Positions 55,545 through 64,000 of a stretch of 64,000 bases of DNA are shown here, piece after piece (within the stretch, counting starts at the first letter, position 1; each line of letters starts with the position of its first letter). The notes under the pieces are model-generated. The model was not told where the DNA came from. It saw only the letters and a program-made list of their open reading frames with translations, and did not search any database. This DNA comes from Octopus vulgaris (lineage: Eukaryota). The stretch is from positions 85,064,001 through 85,128,000 of the forward strand of contig OX597821.1 of assembly GCA_951406725.2 (NCBI GenBank), in the 5' to 3' direction. A program made the translations under genes and the position numbers.

Positions 55545-55962
55545 GGATCTTTTCGGTTTGAACGGCAGTTTTTTTTAAATAATGTCCACGTAACTAAACA
55601 CTTTTAAACTTCGTATACTGGTAGAATGTGTTTATAAAACATCTTTTTCTCTTGGCTTTATTGAGAAAATTCTATAGTTTGTAAGATATTTGTTGGTTCT
55701 TTTTCTTCAATTTCTGCAATTTCAACCAATCAATGGCGTTTATTGAGGTGAAAATATTATGTGCCGTATGAATATGTCCCTCGTTTAAGAAACAGATTGG
55801 GTTTATTTACATTTCTAAAAAAAAAAAGATACCCTTCCCCCACCCCTAACCCTAACCCTAAAACAGATTGAAATGCAATAGATCGATACTAGGGTCATAA
55901 TTATGGGTGACAATTTCATATGACATCGCTAGAAAAAACTGCCGTTCAAACCGAAAAGATCC
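55545..55962. mobile_element. MITE with 30-bp perfect TIRs and 8-bp TSD (Merlin-like, inferred)
   Basis: GGATCTTTTCGGTTTGAACGGCAGTTTTTT / AAAAAACTGCCGTTCAAACCGAAAAGATCC; TSD CAACAAAA at 55537-55544 and 55963-55970; internal (CCCTAA)3. Confidence 0.9.
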
Positions 55963-57137
55963 CAACAAAAATCTAGAATTGTGTCTCCAGTGGATAATGC
56001 AGCAGTGATTCTTAAGAATGAACACGGTATGTAAGCTCATGCAGATCAAATAAATAATAATACAGATATTCATGGTGGACTATAATACAGAGCCAGTACT
56101 CCATTGATAAAGATACGAACAACTGCAATGATTTTCAGAAGAAAATTCAATAATTTCGTTTCTGGAAGTGGAGATAACTCTTGTTATGCTAATATAATGA
56201 CATGTATTAAAGCGGCGAGCAGGCAGAGTCGTAGACACACCGGGCAAAATGCTTATCGGCATCTCATCCGCCTGAGTTCAAATTCCGCCGAGGACGACTT
56301 TGCTTGTCATCCTTTCGGGGTCGATAAACTAAATACCAGTCGAATACTGGAGTCATTGTAAAGGACTTAACCCCTCACCCGAACTTACTGGCCTTGTGCC
56401 AAAATTTGAAACCAATATTATGGCATGTATTAAGGCACGTCGAACAAAATACTTAGCGGCATTTCTTCCGGCTCTTATCATTCTGAGTTTAAATTCCACC
56501 GGGGTCGACTTTGCCTTTCACATTTTCGACATTGATGAAATAAATACAGGTCAAGTACCGACATCGATGACTTCCTCGTCACTTCTAAAATTGATGGCCT
56601 TGTGCCAAAATTTGTAGCAATACCAGAACACACATTTCACGAGGTTGCACGCGAGCGGGACTGTTGAAGATACCTGTGTTTCAATGAAAAAAGTTTGGTT
56701 ATTCAGCAGCATTGAAACATCTACGTAATTAAGGATGGAGTGCGATTAAATTGTTTATTGCGTAAACGCTCTACGACACAACACATCTTCCGGGTTCGTA
56801 TATTGGGTTAACTTAATATTCTTATAAAACATCCTAATGGTCAATGGGATTGTAACAGAAGAAAAGGCATAATTGGTGCTCCATACTGTGTCTGCCCTGA
56901 GTCACTGACTGATTACATCGGTTTTGACCTACTGACATATATTTCTCGTTAGCTTTTGAATGATTCACGCCAAAAAAAAACATCTGATTTCATACGTAAG
57001 CACAAAAAGACCGCAAATGCCGAGGATCAGGTGCTACTAATTAGATCAGTTGCTCTCAAACTGAGAAATAGTGGTTCCCCAAGCAACGTTGGAGAAATTT
57101 TGCCTTACCTCTCCCTCTTTTCTATAATAAAAAATGC

Positions 57138-57298
57138 CAGTGGCTGTGTGGTAAGTAGCCTGCTTACCAACCACACGGTTCCGAGTTCAGTCCCACTGCA
57201 TGACACCTTGGGCAAGTGTCTTCTACTATAGCCCCGGGCCGGCTAAAGCCTTGTGAGTGGATTTGGTAGACGGAAACTGAAAGAAGCCCGTCGTATAT

Positions 57299-57369
<71 letters not shown>

Positions 57370-58490
57370 CTGTGTTTGTCCCTCCAGCATCGCTTGACAA
57401 CCGATGGTGGTGTATTTACGTCCCCATCACTTAGCGGTTCGGCAAACGAGACCGATAGGATAAGTACTAGGCTGACAAAGAATAAGTCCCGGGGTCGATG
57501 TGTTCGACTAAAGGCGGTGCTCCAGCATGGCCACAGTCAAATGACTGAAACAAGAATAAACGGAAAGAACGAATTTCCGTGTGTCAGTGTGTCACACTTT
57601 GACCTCCTCTCTCACTATTCAAGGACACTTTTGCTCCTCTTGCTGGGGTGAAAGTAATAGTAGGAATAGAGACGGTGAAGGCGGTAGTAGATTGACAGTA
57701 GAGATGGTAATGTGGTACTCGTAAAAGTATGAGCTGTAGTTGTGGTAGAGGCGAAGGCGGATGCAACAGTGATGATGATGGTGGTGGTGGTGGTGGTGGT
57801 GGTGGTGGCGGTAGCTGAGGCGGTCAAGCATGACGGTGATAGTGAGGGATGTGAAAGACTGATGATAGTGGTGGAGGGGAAGGCGGCGAAGTCAAAGGTG
57901 TTGATGGCGGTATGCGTCAGAAGTCTGAATGGTGTCTGTATGGCAGTTGTGGTGGCGATGGTGGTGGTGGTACTGGTGATGGTGATGGTTGAAAACAATC
58001 AACAGAAAGAGAGAAAGAGAGGGAGAGAGAGTAAGAAAGAGGTTAGACAGAATAAAAAAACTGTACTGACCCCCGAATGGGAAGACAAACAATGTTGCTC
58101 ATCATGAAACTTTGCAATAAGTTCCAAGTCGACTTATATTCTTTTGACGAAAATTGTTCATTGCTTACTCTTTTACTTGTTTCAGTCATTTGACTGCGGC
58201 CATGCTGGAGCACCATCTTTTATTCGAGCAAATCGACCCCGGGACTTATTCTTTGGAAGCCCAGTACTTATTCTATCGGTCTCTTTTGCCGAACCGCTAA
58301 ATAACAGGGACATAAACAACCAGCATCGGTTGTCAAGCAATGCTAGGGGGACAAACACAGACACACAAACACACACACACACATATATATATACATATAT
58401 ATGACAGGCTTCTTTCAGTTTCCGTCTACCAAATCCACTCACAAGGCATTGGTCGGCCCGGGGCTATAGTAGAAGACACTTGCCCAAGAT
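57138..58490. mobile_element. Inverted pair of SINE family A (57138-57560 +, 58165-58490 -) around a degenerate triplet repeat
   Basis: Family A matches in opposite orientations. Confidence 0.85.
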
Positions 58491-58984
58491 GCGAAAAATA
58501 TTTGTCAGGTTTGATAAAATTTAATAAGTACTCAATGCATGACGTGTCATTATTGGGCTCAAGACCCCATGAAGAGCCCCTCCACAGGGGCTAGGGTGGC
58601 TTTTAAGCTAGTTATTAATAATATTCGCATCCTTATAACTTTTTTTTTTCTTCTTCAACATGTTTGGCAAGTTTAGAAAGTTGGAGTCCGTCATGATTTT
58701 ATCAAAATTGATATTTTGTCCGTTTCCTCTTTTCAATTCTCGCAACCTCTTCCGGGGTGTTGTTGGGGGTCGGGAGGGGGGGGCATCAGAAACGCCAGAT
58801 TAGATAACCTCAATACTCAACTGGAATTTGTTTTGGTAGGCTTTAAAATCAGCATTATCAGTGAACGAACAGTTCAGAGAATTCATTTCGTTCAGTTAGG
58901 TTGTTTGACCAAACCAGCTGATCTATGATCGGTGGCGTTCCTGCCGTGATCATCCCTTATTTTTGTTTTTCCAAGCATAGTATC

Positions 58985-59365
58985 GTGGCATTCCGTCGGT
59001 TACGACGACGTGGGTCCCAGTTGAACCGATCAACGGAACAGCCTGCTCGTGAAATTAACGTACAAGTGGTTGAGCACTTCACACACACGTGTACCCTTAA
59101 CGTAGTTCTCGGGATGATTCAGCGTGACACAGAGTGTGACAAGGCTGACCCTTTGAAATACAGGCACAACAGAACCAGGAAGAAAGAGAGAAAGTTGAAG
59201 CGAAAGTGTACAGCAGGGTTCGCCACCACCTCCTACCGGAGCCTCGCGGAGCTTTAGGTGTTTTCGCTCAATAAATAATACTCACAATGCCCGGTCTAGG
59301 AATCGAAACCGCGATCCTTAGACCGCGACTCTGCTGCCCTAACCACTGGGTCATTGCGCTACCAC
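58985..59365 (-). mobile_element. tRNA-derived SINE (family C head, different 3' part)
   Basis: Head matches 4290-4412; flanked by repeated AAGCATAGTAT (TSD-like). Confidence 0.8.
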
Positions 59366-59619
59366 GAAGCATAGTATAATCGAGAACTGAATTATCCATT
59401 GTGTTCTACCACGATTTGTGGGCTCCGCAAAAAAAAGAGGGTGGGGGGAGACAGCTAGGAAAAATGTTACATTTTATTTCAATACTAGAAACAACTAAAG
59501 TAATGAAACAAAATATATTTTAAATCAGTTACTGACAGTGAATGACTTGTACACAATTTTTGTATGATGGCATTACAAGTGTGGAAAAAAACAAACCTTT
59601 TAATGAGTTTCTAAAGCAA

Positions 59620-60355
59620 ACTCTTTTATTTGTTTTAGTCATTTGACTGTGGCCATGCTGGAGCACCGCCTTTTAGTCGAGCAAATCGACCCAGGACTTA
59701 TTCTTTGTAAGCCTAGTACTTATTCTATCGTCTCTTTTGCCGAACCGCTAAATTACGGGGACGTAAACCCACCAGCATCAAGCGATGTTGGGTGAGGGGA
59801 CAAACACAGACAAACAAACATATACACACACATTCATATATATACGACGGGCTTCTTTCAATTTCCGTCTACCAAATCCACTCTCAAGGCTTTGGTTGGC
59901 CAGAGGCTATAAGTAGAAGACACTTGCCCAAGGTGCCACGCAGTGGGACTGAACCCGGAACCATGTGGCTGGTAAGCAAGCTACTTACCACACAGCCACG
60001 ACAATCTTTTATCTGTTATTTGTTTCAGTCATTAGACTGCAACCGTGCTGGGGTGCTAGGGCACCCCCTTGAAGTATTTTAGTCGAACGAATTGACCACA
60101 AAACGTTTTTTTCTTCTTTTAATGCCTGGAACTTATTCTATCGGTCTGTTTTGCCGAACCGCTAATTTACGAAGGCGTAAACACATCAACATCGTTTGTC
60201 AAGCGGTGGTGGGGGACAACAGACACACACACGATAGTCTTCTTTCAGTTACCGTCTACCAAATCCACTCAAAAATCTATGGTCGACTCGAAGATATAGC
60301 AGACACTTGCCCCAGGTACAACGCAGTCGGATGCAAACTTATCACATAGCCACGC
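59620..60355 (-). mobile_element. Two tandem SINE family A copies
   Basis: Reverse-complement matches. Confidence 0.85.
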
Positions 60356-60414
60356 CCATGAATCAAAAAATTCAAGTCACTCATTTATTTATTTACAATA
60401 AATGACATGTACAT

Positions 60415-61000
60415 ATTGGTTTCAAATTTTGGCACAAAGCCAGCAATTTCGGGGAAGCGGGGAAGTCGATTACATCGACCCCGAAAGGATAAATGGCTAA
60501 GTCGATCTCGGTGGAATTTGAACTCAGAACATAAAGATAGATGAAATGCCGGTAAGTTTTTTGCTCGGCGTGATAACGATTCTTATTTCGTTATTGCCCA
60601 CAAGGGGCTAAACATAGAGGGGACAAACAAGGACAGACAAACGGATTAAGTCGATTACATCGACCCCAGTGCGTAACTGGTACTTAATTTATCGACCCCG
60701 AACAGATGAAAGGCAAAGTCGACCTCAGCGGAATTTGAACTCAGAACGTAACGGCAGACGAAATACCTATTTCTTTACTACCCACAAGGGGCTAAACACA
60801 GAGAGGGCAAACAAGGACAGACAAACGGATTAAGTCGATTATATCGACCCCAGTGCGTAACTGGTACTTAATTTATCGACCCCGAACAGATGAAAGGCAA
60901 AGTCGACCTCGGCGGAATTTGAACTCAGAACGTAACGGCAGACGAAATACGGCTAAGAATTTCGCCCGGCGTGCTAACGTTTCTGCCAGCTCGCCGCCTT
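60415..61000 (-). mobile_element. SINE family B dimer (60585-61000) plus an older monomer (60415-60580)
   Basis: Three successive family B bodies. Confidence 0.85.
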
Positions 61001-61944
61001 AAATGCCACGTCCATATTAAAAACACTTTAAATGGAATCATCGCATTACATGTATATTTAGTATTTTTATTGTTGATGACTAAGACAAGTATTCCACGAA
61101 AAACGCTGTCATAGTCCTGTAGTTCTGTGTATTGCTAGTAACTTTTTCCTATGATTTTTTTTCTTCTGGGACGTCTTCTCCCGAGTCTTTTCTCTGGATT
61201 CTGATGCATGGGAGGTTCGGTTACAGTTTCGAACAGTCCTTCTTGGGTTTAAATGAAGTGCATTTAGACATAGGAAAGAAAACTTCGCCTTTATGGAGGC
61301 CCGAACTGTCTACACTTCGACCCGTAGAAAAGTTAAACATCTGTGCCGGCGACTCTTACAAGAGCGTTGAGGGGAGGACGAAATGCAAGAAAAAAGAAAG
61401 AAAATTATCTAAGGACGAAGTTGACATCATCTTCCTGTGTGACCTCTTTTAAAACGTGTAATTTCATCAGGTACTATAAATAGAAAGAGAAATTACAAAA
61501 ACTTTATATAAGGACACGGATACAATATCTCTAAGTCACATTACATTTCTGAACGTTTTAGTTCAAATCAACGCGTAACCAACTGCCAAGTGTCTGCTAT
61601 ATCTTGCTAGTGACTCTGTCTATCTATTTATCTATCTATCTATATATGTCTACAGATATACATATACACACAAACATATAAAATTATTTATTTCTTTATT
61701 TATTATTATATATTTATTCATTCATTCATTCATTCATCTGTAAACATGGACTTTTGTTTCTTTTCGCACCGCTTTCTTTATTATTTACAAAATACGTTGC
61801 AAACTACTGCTCCTGTTGCTGTTGATGCTAATAACATGATTGTGTGTTAAAAAGGAAAACGATTCAGGTATGTGGCGAATATTATCGTTTTATTTTCATT
61901 ATCTTGATTTGCATTTTGCTTTCGTGCCTGTGTTTATTTTCTCA

Positions 61945-61978
<34 letters not shown>

Positions 61979-62447
61979 GTCCTTTCTTCGCTCCTCCTTC
62001 GAAGACTCCTCCTTCTCGCCAACATCCTCATCAATTATCGTCATCTATTGGATCTCAAATTTTTACCCGTCATGCACCATCCTCCCATCACTATCGCCGT
62101 TATAATCAAACGGTCTTACGTAGTCATTTGATCTGCTAGAAATAGCAGTCATATCTGCTACGAATTATTCCCCTTCACCTTCAAAATAAAAACGTGTACG
62201 ATGGTATATACAAACAGTGGCGTGGCTTATAGAGGAACAAGGAGAACGACTGCTCCTCACCCCATCGAGCACATTTTTTCAAAATTGGTACCTTTTATAA
62301 ATGTATAATCAATGAGTAAAAAAATTGTTTAGTATGTATCACGGCACCTTTTTTTTTATGTACTCGCTCTCCCTAACTTTAAAACCTGGCTGTGCCCTTG
62401 TATTCAAGGTACACTATACTTGAAAAAAAAAGTTAAGATGTGACTTA

Positions 62448-62920
<473 letters not shown>

Positions 62921-63558
62921 GTTTATTGTAGGAACGACTTTGTCATTCTAGGTCTCCTTTTTAATTCTCTAGAACACCTACAATAAAGATCGTGTCAAAT
63001 AGAATCACTGCTGCCACAGTCGCCCTCACTATCTTCATCACTATCACATCGTATCATCATAATCACGCCGTCATCACCTCTACCCCTTCGTAATCATCAT
63101 TATAATCACCATCGTCTTCCTCATCATCAACCTGACCGTTTGCCAACTGAATCATAAGAGATATAAATTAGTGATAAGTTAGTTTGAAAGTAATTTTGAG
63201 ATGAGTTTGAAACTCCGTAACATTCGACTTAACTCTCAGAAGTTATGTTTTACTGAAAATACTGTTCAACCAGCCGTCACTCGTGAGAGAGTTTGTTCGA
63301 CCTGGTGACATGTACCTTCTATAATCCATTCAGCCATTTTCGCTGCCCACTATTTCTTGGAAGGTTGTGGGGGCACATAGGCTTGGGAACAGGGGTTTCG
63401 TGGAGTACAGTCTCCCCCACCTAACACCACCCACCCACCATATGTGTGGAGAGAAAGAGAGTTCTCAGGTACCTCTTCCATGGGGTACTGCCAGAAACGG
63501 TGACCGGTAATAAAGTCACAATTTTTGGCTAGGAAAAAAAGTAACAATTAATTTATGG

Positions 63559-63700
63559 GATCTGGACAAAACCTCCCCAGGACAGAACTCCCTAGGACAA
63601 AACCCCCTCGGACAACCACCCCCAAACAAAACTCTTGTGACTTTTTTTCCGTGATTTTTTCCGTGACTTTTACCTGTGACATTTTTTTACCTGGATTCCC
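63559..63700. mobile_element. Small element with tandem GGACAAAA-CCCC and GTGAC-TTTT subterminal repeats (MULE-like MITE, inferred)
   Basis: Tandem motifs at both ends; imperfect GGAT../..ATTCC termini. Confidence 0.45.
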
Positions 63701-64000
63701 AGAAACATCCTTGTTAGATTTCCAAGCTTACTGAAACTACGGATATTATTCAAACCATCTAACTATCATGATCTACCCCTTCATCTCCAACTGAATGGCA
63801 ATAGCGAAAGTAGGGGCGGTCGGCCCCGGACTACCATTTTATGGAGGCGACATCTTCAGAAGTCGTGGGCGGAAAACTCAAGGGCTGCCTCCGGGCGATA
63901 CACACTGTAGCTTCGCTACTGAACTCGGGTCAACTGGTCCATTAAGCCAATAGTTATGCCGATTCCCACAACGGTGTAACTAATTCTTCATACCCCACTT

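Overview
Eukaryotic, AT-rich, very repeat-dense genomic DNA with no recognisable host protein-coding gene; it reads as intronic or intergenic. The repeat families (three tRNA-derived SINE families, RTE and CR1/L2-group LINEs, long AT/AC/ATAC/AGAT microsatellites) resemble those of octopus or other coleoid cephalopods (inference, not verified). Almost all ORFs in the supplied track are microsatellite or SINE artefacts. Real coding remnants are two CR1/L2-group LINEs (1-1740 and ~15500-18960, both minus strand), LINE fragments (CR1, RTE, Tx1-like, Jockey/I-like), mariner and Tigger/pogo transposase relics, and many MITEs. The most notable signals are: (i) both CR1/L2-group LINEs place a U6 slippery run (U_UUU_UUA in the better-preserved copy) where an ORF2 frame opens in the -1 frame, suggesting programmed -1 ribosomal frameshifting; (ii) an ORF1 combining a Myb/SANT-like domain, polyQ and two CCCH fingers; (iii) four to five distinct families of type I hammerhead ribozymes in Penelope-like LTR relics; (iv) a SINE-LINE shared 3' tail; (v) a 45-bp minisatellite carrying seven consensus 5' splice sites; (vi) many long inverted repeats. 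Repeat boundaries are approximate (about +/-10-30 nt) unless TIR/TSD-defined.
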